Shown in pieces: positions 8,583-17,920 of a DNA stretch of 64,000 nucleotides. Position 1 is the first letter of the stretch. Each line of letters starts with the position of its first letter. Position numbers and translations under genes: made by a program. The DNA comes from Planctomycetota bacterium (GTDB lineage: Bacteria; Planctomycetota; Phycisphaerae; SM23-33). Location: assembly GCA_029553505.1 (NCBI GenBank), contig JAKPKY010000167.1, forward strand, positions 3,501 through 67,500, given 5' to 3'. The notes beneath the pieces were generated by a model. It saw only the letters and a program-made list of their open reading frames with translations, was not told the origin of the DNA and did not search any database.

Positions 8583-9518
8583 ATGCCAACCCAAGCCCGA
8601 CCCGACATTTGCCGCCGTATTGCCCAAATCCGGCTGGAATTGACCGGACAGCGTGGCAAGTCCCGCTTTTGCAAAATGTTGGGGATTTCTCCGAGCACCT
8701 ACGAATACTATGAGTCGTCTCGGGTGCCGCCAGCCGAGGTGCTGGTGAAGATCGCCGACACGGCCGGGGTGGACCTGCGCTGGTTGTTGACGGGGGAGAG
8801 CCACCCGACCGCGAGGGTCCCCGCCGACCACCCCGCCCTCCAGCGGGCGGCGAAGATGCTCGCGGACCACCCCGACGCGGCGGCGCCGCTGGCGGCGTTT
8901 CTGGACATCCTGGCCGCGAGCTTGAAATTTCCGCCGAAGGCTTCGCCGGCGCAGGCCCCCGCCGCCGAGCCGGTCCCGCCAGCGGGCAAGGATACGTGGA
9001 TTCCCATCCTGGGGCGCAGCGCCGCCGGGGTGGCGGCGTTCTGGGCGTCGGCCGAAGACGCTCGCGGCGTCACGAAGCTGGAGCAGATCGTCGAACGCCA
9101 CGCGCGCAAGGCGCGGCACGCGGCCCCGGCGGCTGCCGCTCTCGCCGATGGGCCTGCCCAACCCGTGCAGATCGTCACGCTCAACGAGCCCGACGCCGAC
9201 GACGTCGTCCAGTTCGTCGCCGCCGGAAGTCTACGCGCCCGCTGGCCTGACGCCTTCGCCCTGCGGATCGACGGCGACTCCATGTCGCCCGACATCCGCC
9301 ATGGCGACCTGGTGGTTTTGAGTCCGTCGGTCCCGGCGGCCGAGGGCAAGCCCGCCGTGGCGCAACTGGTCGACCAGATCGGCGTGACCTGCAAGCTCTT
9401 CCGTCGCGAAGGCGAGACGGTCCACCTCGTTCCCGTCAACGAGCAATACGCCCCGCAGCGTTTTCCCGCGTCGTGCCTGGCGTGGGCGTTGCGGGTGCTG
9501 GCCCGCGTCCGCCCCTGA
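8583..9518 (+). CDS. XRE-family HTH / S24 (LexA/CI-type) self-cleaving repressor-like protein
   Basis: N-terminal HTH (KMLGISPSTYEYYESSRVPPAEVLVKIADTAGVDLRWLLTGE). A linker of about 130 aa rich in Ala/Pro. C-terminal S24 peptidase block IDGDSMSPDIRHGDLVVL with a downstream Lys (VTCKLFRREG). Start at ATG 8583. Confidence 0.75.
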   Translation: MPTQARPDICRRIAQIRLELTGQRGKSRFCKMLGISPSTYEYYESSRVPPAEVLVKIADTAGVDLRWLLTGESHPTARVPADHPALQRAAKMLADHPDAAAPLAAFLDILAASLKFPPKASPAQAPAAEPVPPAGKDTWIPILGRSAAGVAAFWASAEDARGVTKLEQIVERHARKARHAAPAAAALADGPAQPVQIVTLNEPDADDVVQFVAAGSLRARWPDAFALRIDGDSMSPDIRHGDLVVLSPSVPAAEGKPAVAQLVDQIGVTCKLFRREGETVHLVPVNEQYAPQRFPASCLAWALRVLARVRP

Positions 9519-9571
9519 CGGCGGCGGAACCTGTTTGACACCGGACCCCTCAGGCGGCAGAGTATCTCCCC

Positions 9572-11614
9572 ATGAACCCGGAACCAAACATTTCTCCTTC
9601 CCACGGGCCGCGATGGCACTACCTTCTGACGGCAGGCGTCGCGAGCGTCATCCTGTTCTGGCAGCTTGGTGCGCCCGCCATGGACGATCACGAGTGCAAG
9701 CTCGCCCTGGCGGCCAAGAACATGACCGAGCGGACCGACTGGCTGTACGAGGGCGTGGGGGAGGAATTCCAGGCCTATCCCATCCCGCCGGCGACGGCGT
9801 GGAACTACTGGCTGGTTCCGGTGGAGAATGGTCGGCCCCGGCTGGTCAAGACGCCGCTGCCGTACTGGTCGGCCGCCGGCGTGGCGATCGCCAGCGGCGC
9901 GGGGGTCAACGAATGGACGGCGCGGTTGCCGTCGGCCTGCGCCGCGATGGTCCTCGTGCTGGTGACGCTGGCGCTGGGTCGGCGAATGCTCTCTCCCCGC
10001 GCCGCCCTGCTGGGCGCGCTGATGCTGGCGACGGCCGTGGGCGTGCAGAAGTGGGGACGCAACGCACGGCCTGAGATGCTTTTGTGCACGCTGATGACCT
10101 GCGCGATGGCGGTTTTCTACCTTGCCCTGCGTGCGACGAGCCGCGCCCGGCGGATCGGCGGGATGGTCGCGTTCTGGCTGCTGATGGGGCTGGCGAACCT
10201 CGCCAAGCAGTTCGTGCCGCTGATGCTGGTCTGGCCGCTAGCGGCGTATGTGCTGTGGCGCCACGACGCCCGCTCGCGCGGCGACGATGCGGCCCTGGGC
10301 TCGCTGCGCCGCCTGCTCGTGCTGACGGCCATCGGCCTGGGCGTTCACCTGGCCGTCATGAACCTCACCGCCACCGACTGGTGGCAGGCGCGCCGCCTGC
10401 CGACGGGCAAGGTTGCCTACGGCGTGATGGCTCTGGGCTTCGCCCTTCCGATGCTCTGGTACCTGCTGCGGACCCGCGGGTGGGGCGCGATCGGTCGCCT
10501 GCTGCCCACGGCCATCCCGGGCGCTGCCGTCATGTTCGCGATGTTCGTTCCCTGGCTGTGGTACATGGAAAAACTCTTCGGCGGGTACGCGGGGGGCATC
10601 TTCTCGCACCAGGTCACCGAGCGGGCGGCAGGCATCGGCGACTGGACGGTGGAGGTTCCCTGGTACTACCTGATTCCGCTGGTGACGCTGACGCTGCCCT
10701 GGCTGGGCATGCTCCCCGGGGCGCTGGCGGCACCGCTGATGCGCCGGTTCCGCGAGCGGCGCGAGGCGCTGGCGTACCTGCTGCTGTGGTGCGTGGGGAT
10801 ATTCACGCTGTTCACCGCGGCGGCGGCCAAGCGAGAGCATTACATCCTGCCGATGATTCCGGCGGCGTGCCTGCTGATGGGCTTCATCGCCGAAGACGTG
10901 TTCTGGCGGCACGAGTGGATCCGCCCGGCCCTGACGCGCCTGCTGGGCGCGGCCTACGGGCTGGTGGGCCCGGTGGGCCTGATCGTGACGGGCGTGGCGG
11001 CGGTGGTCTCGCCGGACCGCGCCAAGTGGGTCTACATGATGGTGGTGGCGGCCGTCGCGGCTGTGCCCATGACCGCCGCCGGCGTGCTGTCCCTGCGCCG
11101 CCGGTTCGCGCTGGTGCCGGGGCTGCTGGTCGCGGGCATCACGCTGGTCTACGTGGGGTTCTTCTCCTCCGGCGACCTGTGGGACCCGCGCGACCGCGTG
11201 CGCGATTTCGCCGTCGAGGCGGACCGGCTCTTCCGCGCCGAGGGCGACGGCGCCGTCGCCCTGCACTGGGGCGATCCGCAGGCCAAGACCGCCTTCTACT
11301 TCGGGCGATTGCTCCCCTCGACCCACTGGAAAATCATGCGCCAGGGCGGCGATCCGGACACGCTGCACCGGCGCGTCCTGGACTGGCTGGCCGACTGCCC
11401 CGAACCCGCGCCGTGGATTCTCGGCTATGAGAAGATGCTTAACCGCAAAACCGGAAAGGTGGAGCGCCTGAGCGACGCGGCCGACCTGTGGCGGATCGGC
11501 TACCGTCCCGTACTGCTGATCGAGGGAAAACAGGACAAGCGCTTCACCTTCGCGCTGTACCGCCGGCTGGAACGCCCGGAGGCGGCTTCCCGTCCCGGCG
11601 CGACGGCGCCGTAG
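9572..11614 (+). CDS. GT39/ArnT-like (PMT_2 family) membrane glycosyltransferase
   Basis: Multi-pass membrane protein. The N-terminal third (KTPLPYWSAAGVAI, RLPSACAAMVLVLVTLALGRRML) resembles the ArnT/dolichyl-phosphate-mannose transferase family. The last ~130 aa form a soluble C-terminal domain. Confidence 0.65.
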   Translation: MNPEPNISPSHGPRWHYLLTAGVASVILFWQLGAPAMDDHECKLALAAKNMTERTDWLYEGVGEEFQAYPIPPATAWNYWLVPVENGRPRLVKTPLPYWSAAGVAIASGAGVNEWTARLPSACAAMVLVLVTLALGRRMLSPRAALLGALMLATAVGVQKWGRNARPEMLLCTLMTCAMAVFYLALRATSRARRIGGMVAFWLLMGLANLAKQFVPLMLVWPLAAYVLWRHDARSRGDDAALGSLRRLLVLTAIGLGVHLAVMNLTATDWWQARRLPTGKVAYGVMALGFALPMLWYLLRTRGWGAIGRLLPTAIPGAAVMFAMFVPWLWYMEKLFGGYAGGIFSHQVTERAAGIGDWTVEVPWYYLIPLVTLTLPWLGMLPGALAAPLMRRFRERREALAYLLLWCVGIFTLFTAAAAKREHYILPMIPAACLLMGFIAEDVFWRHEWIRPALTRLLGAAYGLVGPVGLIVTGVAAVVSPDRAKWVYMMVVAAVAAVPMTAAGVLSLRRRFALVPGLLVAGITLVYVGFFSSGDLWDPRDRVRDFAVEADRLFRAEGDGAVALHWGDPQAKTAFYFGRLLPSTHWKIMRQGGDPDTLHRRVLDWLADCPEPAPWILGYEKMLNRKTGKVERLSDAADLWRIGYRPVLLIEGKQDKRFTFALYRRLERPEAASRPGATAP

Positions 11615-11720
11615 CGTTCGGCGGAAGGGAGGGGCGATTTTCGTTGCGTCATCCGCGCCCCCGCCGGGACAATCACCGGCTCGGGCCTTCTCACCTTCGT
11701 GCCCGCGGAGACCCTCGAAC

Positions 11721-12689
11721 ATGTTCGCGCTGATGCTGCTGGGCGGACTCGCGCTACTGGTTGTCGGCGCGAACTGGTTGGTGGATGGGGCGTCGGCCGT
11801 CGCGCGACGCCTGGGCGTCTCGGACCTGGTGATCGGGTTGACCGTCGTCGCTTTCGGCACCAGCGCGCCGGAGCTGGTGGTGGACGTCTTCGCCGCCGCG
11901 CGGGGCAACACCGACATCGCCGTCGCGAACATCCTCGGTTCGAACACCTTCAACATCCTGGCGATTCTGGGTCTGTCGGCCCTGGTCCGTCCGTTGGCGG
12001 TCGCCCAGAGCACCGTCTGGAAGGAAATCCCCCTGAGCCTGCTGGCGGCGGTGCTGGTCGGCATCCTCGGCAACAACGCGCTGCTCGATGGCGCGGGCCC
12101 CAACGCCCTGACGCGGACCGACGGCTTGGTGCTGCTGGGCTTCTTCGTGATCTTCCTGTACTACGTGCTGGGCATGGCCAAATCGTCCGCGAACCCGCCG
12201 GACCCGCCGGGGCAGATTTCGCCCCCCGCGATGCGCCTGCCCGCTGCCTGCCTGCGGATCGGCGCGGGTCTGGCGGCCCTGGCGACGGGGGCGCATCTGG
12301 CCGTCGCCGGCGCCGTCGACACCGCGACGCGACTGGGCGTCAGCGAGCGGGTCATCGGATTGACCATCGTGGCCGTGGGAACCAGCCTGCCGGAGCTGGC
12401 GACTTCCGTCGTCGCCGCCTACCGTCGCAACGCCGATCTGGCCGTCGGGAACATCGTCGGGTCGAACCTCTTCAACATCTTCTTCATCCTGGGCGTCAGC
12501 GCGTGCATCCGCCCGCTTCCGATGGGCGGGCAAGTCAACTTCGACGTGGCGGCGACGGTCCTGGCCAGCCTGCTGCTGTTCGTCTCGATGTTCACCGGCA
12601 GGCCCCGGCACGGAATCCAGAGGTGGGAGGGCGCGGTCTACCTGGCCGCCTACGCCGCGTACCTGGGCCTGCTCCTCGGGAAAAACTGA
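11721..12689 (+). CDS. Ca2+/cation antiporter (CaCA, YrbG/NCX type)
   Basis: Duplicated alpha-repeat motifs: GTSAPELVV + NILGSNTFNILAILG, and GTSLPELATS + GNIVGSNLFNIFFILG. Confidence 0.85.
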   Translation: MFALMLLGGLALLVVGANWLVDGASAVARRLGVSDLVIGLTVVAFGTSAPELVVDVFAAARGNTDIAVANILGSNTFNILAILGLSALVRPLAVAQSTVWKEIPLSLLAAVLVGILGNNALLDGAGPNALTRTDGLVLLGFFVIFLYYVLGMAKSSANPPDPPGQISPPAMRLPAACLRIGAGLAALATGAHLAVAGAVDTATRLGVSERVIGLTIVAVGTSLPELATSVVAAYRRNADLAVGNIVGSNLFNIFFILGVSACIRPLPMGGQVNFDVAATVLASLLLFVSMFTGRPRHGIQRWEGAVYLAAYAAYLGLLLGKN

Positions 12690-12707
12690 CCCGCCATTCC
12701 GGGGCGC

Positions 12708-14543
12708 TTACCGCTCGGGGAAGATCATCGCCTCGGCGAATTCCATCTGGAAGTTCGCGTCCTGCGACAGTTCCACGTGGCGCGCATCGCGAGCGAGCTG
12801 TTCGGCCTGTTTGCGCATGTTCGTGGACAGCAGGGCCCATTTGGCCCCGTTGAGCGAGGCGTTTCCGACGTAGTGTATCCGTTCGCGCGCGATGTCGGTG
12901 GGCAGCAGCCCGATCCGCTGGGCGTTGCTGCGGCGGATGAAACTGCCGAACCCGCCGGCGATGAGCACGCAGTCCAGGTCGCCCGTGGACAGCCCCGCCT
13001 GGCGCAGGAGGATGGCGATTCCCGCGCGGATGGCGCCGGCCGCCAGTTGCAGTTCGCGGATGTCGCGCTGCGTGAGCGTCACCGCGCCCCCGTCGGACCG
13101 CCGGGCGAGTACGAATTCCGTCTGCCCGTTGCGTCCCTCGCGCACCCGTTCGCGCAGAGGCGCGGGCACGGTTTCCGGAAGCTCCTTCGGCGGATACATG
13201 CGCCCTTCGGGGCTGACCACGCTCGCGCGGAGAAGCTCCGCCACCGCGTCCACCAGCCCGCTGCCGCACAGGCCGACCGGTTCGGCCGCCCCGATGACGC
13301 TGCACCGCACGTCGCCGTCGAAGACGACCTTTTCGATCGCGCCGCGGGTTGCCCGCATTCCGCAGGAAATGCGCGCGCCCTCGAATGCGGGACCCGCCGC
13401 CGTTGAGGCGGCATGCATCGCGCCGTCGTGCGAAAGCACGATCTCCCCGTTGGTCCCGATGTCTACCAGCAGCGCCGGTCCCTTCTGCTCGGAAAGGCGC
13501 GTCGCCAGGACGCACCCCACCGTGTCGCCCCCCACGAACCCGCCGATGACGGGGAAGACGTACGCCGCCCCGCGCGGGTGGATGGCGATCTCCAGTTCCG
13601 CCGCCCGGAACATCAGGCCCCGCCCGCACGTCGGACTGAACGGGACCTGCCCCAGCGGTCGGACGTCCAGGCCGCACAGCAGGTGCTGCATGGTCGTGTT
13701 GCCCGCGAACGTCACTTCGTAGATGCGTTCGCGCGGGACGGCTGCCTCGGCGCACATCTCGTCGATCAGCTTGTTGACCGTTCCCACGACCCCCGCGCGC
13801 AGGTCCTTCAGCCCGCGCGAAGAGCCCGCGTGCTTGATCCGCGAGAGCACGTCGTCTCCGTAGCGCGTCTGCGGATTCACCGTCGAGGCCACCGCGAGTT
13901 CCTCGCCCGTGCGCAGGTCCAGCAGCGCGCCCACGAGCGTCGTGGTGCCGATGTCGAAGGCCGCGCCGTAGCACTGGGCCGACGTGTCGCCCGGCTCGAG
14001 GTCGATCAAGTGGTGGTCGGTCTGGACGGCCGTCCCGCGCCATTGCCACTCACGCAAGCGAGCGGGCAGTTCGCGCAGCAGCGACAGATCGCTCTTGATC
14101 GCGCCGAGTTTCTCACCGAGGCGCATCAGGTCCGGCTCCGGGTCGGCCAGCGTGGGCGCGTCGAGCTGGAGGGGGACCTTACGGACGGCTGGCAGGATTT
14201 CTGCCGCCTTGCCTTCCGTACGGGTGAGAATCTGGTGCTGATCGGCGAAACGCGAGCCGGGAGGCACGTAGACGACTGCCTCTCCGCAGATGCCCGTCTG
14301 GCACGCCAGGCGCCAACCCGCCTCGATCTGCTCGGTGTCGAAGATCTTCCGTTCGGCCGGCGTCGGCTCGCAGGCGCCCCGGGTCACCTGCACGCGGCAT
14401 TTCCCGCACGTGCCCACGCCCCCGCACGGCGTGTCGATGGTGAGTCCCACGCGCCCTGCCGCCTCCAGCACCTTTGTGCCCGGAAGCACATAGACCGTTT
14501 TCCCGTGCGGCTCGAACGTTACTCGCACCTGCTGGTCCGTCAT
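12708..14543 (-). CDS. RACo-like 2Fe-2S / ASKHA (DUF4445) protein, putative corrinoid reductive activator
   Basis: N-terminal plant-type ferredoxin (CGGVGTCGKCRVQV). ASKHA-type phosphate motifs AFDIGTTTLVG and LLVDIGTNGEIVL. I chose ATG 14543 (MTDQQVRVTF). Confidence 0.8.
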   Translation of the reverse strand: MTDQQVRVTFEPHGKTVYVLPGTKVLEAAGRVGLTIDTPCGGVGTCGKCRVQVTRGACEPTPAERKIFDTEQIEAGWRLACQTGICGEAVVYVPPGSRFADQHQILTRTEGKAAEILPAVRKVPLQLDAPTLADPEPDLMRLGEKLGAIKSDLSLLRELPARLREWQWRGTAVQTDHHLIDLEPGDTSAQCYGAAFDIGTTTLVGALLDLRTGEELAVASTVNPQTRYGDDVLSRIKHAGSSRGLKDLRAGVVGTVNKLIDEMCAEAAVPRERIYEVTFAGNTTMQHLLCGLDVRPLGQVPFSPTCGRGLMFRAAELEIAIHPRGAAYVFPVIGGFVGGDTVGCVLATRLSEQKGPALLVDIGTNGEIVLSHDGAMHAASTAAGPAFEGARISCGMRATRGAIEKVVFDGDVRCSVIGAAEPVGLCGSGLVDAVAELLRASVVSPEGRMYPPKELPETVPAPLRERVREGRNGQTEFVLARRSDGGAVTLTQRDIRELQLAAGAIRAGIAILLRQAGLSTGDLDCVLIAGGFGSFIRRSNAQRIGLLPTDIARERIHYVGNASLNGAKWALLSTNMRKQAEQLARDARHVELSQDANFQMEFAEAMIFPER

Positions 14544-14625
14544 GCGTTCGCTCCCTATCACCAAAGCAATAGTCTGCAATATCCGCCGTGGCAACGCAAC
14601 CGCTCGGTGGATAAGATTACGCCCC

Positions 14626-15132
14626 ATGAAGATCGGGATCGTCTCCGACTCGCACGGTAAGACACGCCGCCTGCGCGCCGCGCTGGAGATTCTGCGTGCC
14701 CGCGGGGCCGAGGCGATCGTCCACTGCGGCGACCTGTGCTCCCTGCCGTGCGTGCAGGCCCTGGGCGACTGCGGGCTGCCCGTCTACGCCGTCGCGGGGA
14801 ACATGGACCGCCACGTGGCGGAGCTGGCGGCGCAGGCGGCCGAGGCGGGCGTGACGTTCTCCCCCGAAGTCGTCGAGGCGCCGCTGGGCGACGGGCGGTT
14901 CCTCGTCGCCACGCACGGAAACGACCAGGCCGTGCTCGAAGAACTCGTCGCCGGGCAACAGTTTCCCTACGTCTGCCACGGGCACACCCACCGCGCCGCC
15001 GACGATCAGGTCGGCGCGGCGCGCGTCATCTGCCCCGGTGCGTTGCGCCATCCGCGGCATCCCCATCACCCCACCGTCGCCCTGCTGGACACCGCAACCG
15101 ACACGCTCGAATTCCTCGACGTGCCGAGATGA
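14626..15132 (+). CDS. YfcE/MJ0936-family metallophosphoesterase
   Basis: Ordered metallophosphoesterase motifs: MKIGIVSDSHG, VHCGDL, GNMD, CHGHTH. Confidence 0.8.
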   Translation: MKIGIVSDSHGKTRRLRAALEILRARGAEAIVHCGDLCSLPCVQALGDCGLPVYAVAGNMDRHVAELAAQAAEAGVTFSPEVVEAPLGDGRFLVATHGNDQAVLEELVAGQQFPYVCHGHTHRAADDQVGAARVICPGALRHPRHPHHPTVALLDTATDTLEFLDVPR

Positions 15133-15231
15133 CGGCCGCGGCTCTTTCGGCGCCGATACTTCCCACTCGCCGTCCCGCACGCCCCATGAAACCCTTGGTC
15201 GTTGGCGGACGGGTCTGCTAGAATCCCGGCC

Positions 15232-16014
15232 ATGAATGAGGATGCGGACCAACTCGCACGGGCGGCAAGGCAGTTGATCGACACCGACGATCTGTTGGGC
15301 GGCGGCTTTCTTCCCGCAGAGCACCACCCGCTGCCGGAGGTTCAGACGTCCGCGCCGGCGGCAGGCGCAGAAGCCCCGGCCGAGATGACTCCCGCCCAGA
15401 AGGCTGCGATGCTCAAGGCGCTCGACGAGGAGGAAGTTCGCACTTGCACGCTCTGCGGCCTGCACCGTACACGAACGCACACGGTCTTTGGTGAAGGCGA
15501 CCCGTCGGCGGCGCTGGTGTTCGTGGGTGAAGGCCCCGGCGCCGACGAAGACGCGACCGGCCGACCGTTCGTCGGGCGCGCGGGCGAGCTGCTGACGAAG
15601 ATGATCGAGGCGATGGGCCTGACGCGACAGGACGTGTTCATCTGCAACATGGTCAAGTGCCGCCCGCCGGGCAACCGCACGCCCGCGCCCGACGAGATCG
15701 CCGCCTGCTGGAGCTACCTCATCCGCCAGCTCCAGATCATTCGCCCGAAGGTTCTCGTGACGCTGGGCAATCCTTCCACGCAAGGTCTTCTCAACACCCG
15801 CGTGGGAATCACCCGCCTGCGCGGGCAGTGGCAGAAGCTGCCGGAACTCGCGCCGGGCCTGGGCGGCATCGACGTCATGCCCACCTTCCACCCCTCCTAC
15901 GTGCTGCGACAATACACGCCCGACGTCCGCGGAAAGGTCTGGAGCGACCTGCAAGCCGTGATGAAACACCTCGGTCTGGCGCCGGCCGCCCGCAAGGGCG
16001 CAACCGGGCGGTGA
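15232..16014 (+). CDS. uracil-DNA glycosylase, family 4
   Basis: CTLCGL Fe-S cysteines, FVGEGPGADED, PFVGRAGELL, VKCRPPGNRTP, and FHPSY near the C terminus. An alternative TTG start is at 15202. Confidence 0.85.
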   Translation: MNEDADQLARAARQLIDTDDLLGGGFLPAEHHPLPEVQTSAPAAGAEAPAEMTPAQKAAMLKALDEEEVRTCTLCGLHRTRTHTVFGEGDPSAALVFVGEGPGADEDATGRPFVGRAGELLTKMIEAMGLTRQDVFICNMVKCRPPGNRTPAPDEIAACWSYLIRQLQIIRPKVLVTLGNPSTQGLLNTRVGITRLRGQWQKLPELAPGLGGIDVMPTFHPSYVLRQYTPDVRGKVWSDLQAVMKHLGLAPAARKGATGR

Positions 16015-16091
16015 CATACAGTTGACACCCCCTTCCGACCGGCCGAAAATGCCTCCGTTGTCAGGCGACACTTCACGGATCGGATGGGGTC

Positions 16092-17012
16092 ATGCGCCAC
16101 CGGGCAGCCTGGACACTGGTAGAAGTGGTAGTGATCGTTGCGGTCCTGGCCTTGCTGGGAGCGATACTCCTTCCGTCTCTGACGGCTGCGAGAGACAGTG
16201 CCCGCCTGGCGGGCTGCGCCGCAGCCATGCGGGACGTTCACCTGGGGCTGATGACTTACACCGCGGAGAACCGCCGCCGACTGCCCCCGTTCGCATTCAG
16301 CGACATCGTCGGAAACGTGGCGATCTCCGGGCATTGGGGCGGCGCCACACAGGCGAACGATCCAGCCATTTTCGGCCGGCTGGTCGGACTCCAGGCGATC
16401 AACCTGTCTGTCCTGGCCGAGGAAGGTAAGTTCTCGGTTCGACGATTGGTCTGCCCCGGCGCCGATGCCGATCTGCTCGAGGGGCAGGCCAGCTACTTCC
16501 CCCACACGTTCCGCTTCAGCACCTATTGCCTGCGCATGCCGCCCAGCGACGCCCTCTTTGACGCCGCGCCGGGCTTGCGGAACTTCGGCGGAAAAACGCT
16601 GGGCATCTACGCACAGGCGGCCGGCGGGCAGCGCGTTCGCGTCGGTACGACGTATCAGGAGGTTCCGCTGACGCGGACGGATCGCGCGTATTCCTTGGCT
16701 GCTCCGGCGGCGTGCGGAAACGGCACGTTCGATTTCTCGCAAGACGCCGTCGTCTCCGATTCGTTCTGGCGGCAGGGGCATTCCGCACCGGCGGCGCAGA
16801 CGCCAGGCCCACTCGCGGCACCCGTGCGGGCAGGCTGGTGTCATGGCAAGCGATTCAACGTGCTGGCGGGGCATGGCGCGGTCCGAACTGTCGCCGACGA
16901 TGGGACGGTGGCCGACCACACCGTCTCGGCGGGCGGAACGCTCGCCGACGACGACGCCAACGGAACCACCCACGCCGAGCGCGTCTGGCAGTTCTTCGAC
17001 GCCGCGCCGTGA
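16092..17012 (+). CDS. DUF1559-like pseudopilin-type protein (atypical prepilin N-terminus)
   Basis: N-terminal hydrophobic helix with a conserved Glu (AAWTLVEVVVIVAVLALLGAILLPSL). C-terminal HGKRFNVLAGHG resembles the H-X9-DG motif of planctomycete DUF1559 proteins. Confidence 0.55.
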   Translation: MRHRAAWTLVEVVVIVAVLALLGAILLPSLTAARDSARLAGCAAAMRDVHLGLMTYTAENRRRLPPFAFSDIVGNVAISGHWGGATQANDPAIFGRLVGLQAINLSVLAEEGKFSVRRLVCPGADADLLEGQASYFPHTFRFSTYCLRMPPSDALFDAAPGLRNFGGKTLGIYAQAAGGQRVRVGTTYQEVPLTRTDRAYSLAAPAACGNGTFDFSQDAVVSDSFWRQGHSAPAAQTPGPLAAPVRAGWCHGKRFNVLAGHGAVRTVADDGTVADHTVSAGGTLADDDANGTTHAERVWQFFDAAP

Positions 17013-17052
17013 TCTGCCGTGCAATCCACCAAGCGTCTGGTACACTCTGGAC

Positions 17053-17826
17053 ATGCGGATCCTGCTGAGCAACGACGACGGCATCGACGCGCCGGGCCTG
17101 GCCGCGCTGTACCACGCCGTGTCCGACCTGGGGGCTGTGACGGTGGCTGCCCCTGATTCGCCGCAGTCGGCGACAGGGCACGGCATCACGCTCAAAAGCC
17201 CCCTGACCGTGCGCCGCTTGCGGGCAGGAGAGCACGCCGGCGGATTCGACGGCCTTCGCGTGGACGGGCGACCCGCCGACTGCGTCCGCCTGGCCATCCG
17301 CTCGCTGATGCCCGAACCCCCGCAGTTCGTCCTGAGCGGCATCAACTGCGGCGCCAACGTGGGAATCAATATCTTTTACTCGGGCACGGTGGCTGCCGCG
17401 GCGGAGGCCGCCATGCTCGGATACCCCGCCATCGCGTTCTCCGTCCGCAGCGGCGAGGGCGAAATCGACTGGCCGACCGTCGCGCGCCTGTGCCGCGCCG
17501 TACTCGATCGCCTGCTGCCGGCGCTGAGGCCGGCGGAACTGGTCAACGTCAACATCCCCTCGCTCGCCGAGGGCCCGCCGCGCGGCGTGCACGTCGTGCC
17601 GCAATCGACGGCCGGGCTCACCGACACCTACCTCCGCCACATCGACGAGGAAGGAACCGAACGCTTCCGCCTGGCCGACGAGTACGGCTTCGTGCGGCGC
17701 GAGCCGGACACCGACGTCGTCTCGCTGTCGGAAGGATTCATCACCGTCACGCCCCTGCACGTGAACATGACCGACGGACGACGCCTCCGCACGCTGCGGG
17801 AACTCGACTGGCCCCCCTTGCCGTGA
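17053..17826 (+). CDS. surE: 5'/3'-nucleotidase SurE
   Basis: MRILLSNDDGIDAPGL and SPQSATGHGIT signatures. Start at ATG 17053, in frame within the longer track ORF. Confidence 0.9.
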   Translation: MRILLSNDDGIDAPGLAALYHAVSDLGAVTVAAPDSPQSATGHGITLKSPLTVRRLRAGEHAGGFDGLRVDGRPADCVRLAIRSLMPEPPQFVLSGINCGANVGINIFYSGTVAAAAEAAMLGYPAIAFSVRSGEGEIDWPTVARLCRAVLDRLLPALRPAELVNVNIPSLAEGPPRGVHVVPQSTAGLTDTYLRHIDEEGTERFRLADEYGFVRREPDTDVVSLSEGFITVTPLHVNMTDGRRLRTLRELDWPPLP

Positions 17827-17920
17827 TTCACCCTTGCCAAGCCCCCGCGCGACGACGATAATGCGCCCGGCATCTCCGAGAGCCCGGACCCGGTACGAAC
17901 GTTTTCGCCTGGAGCGACCC

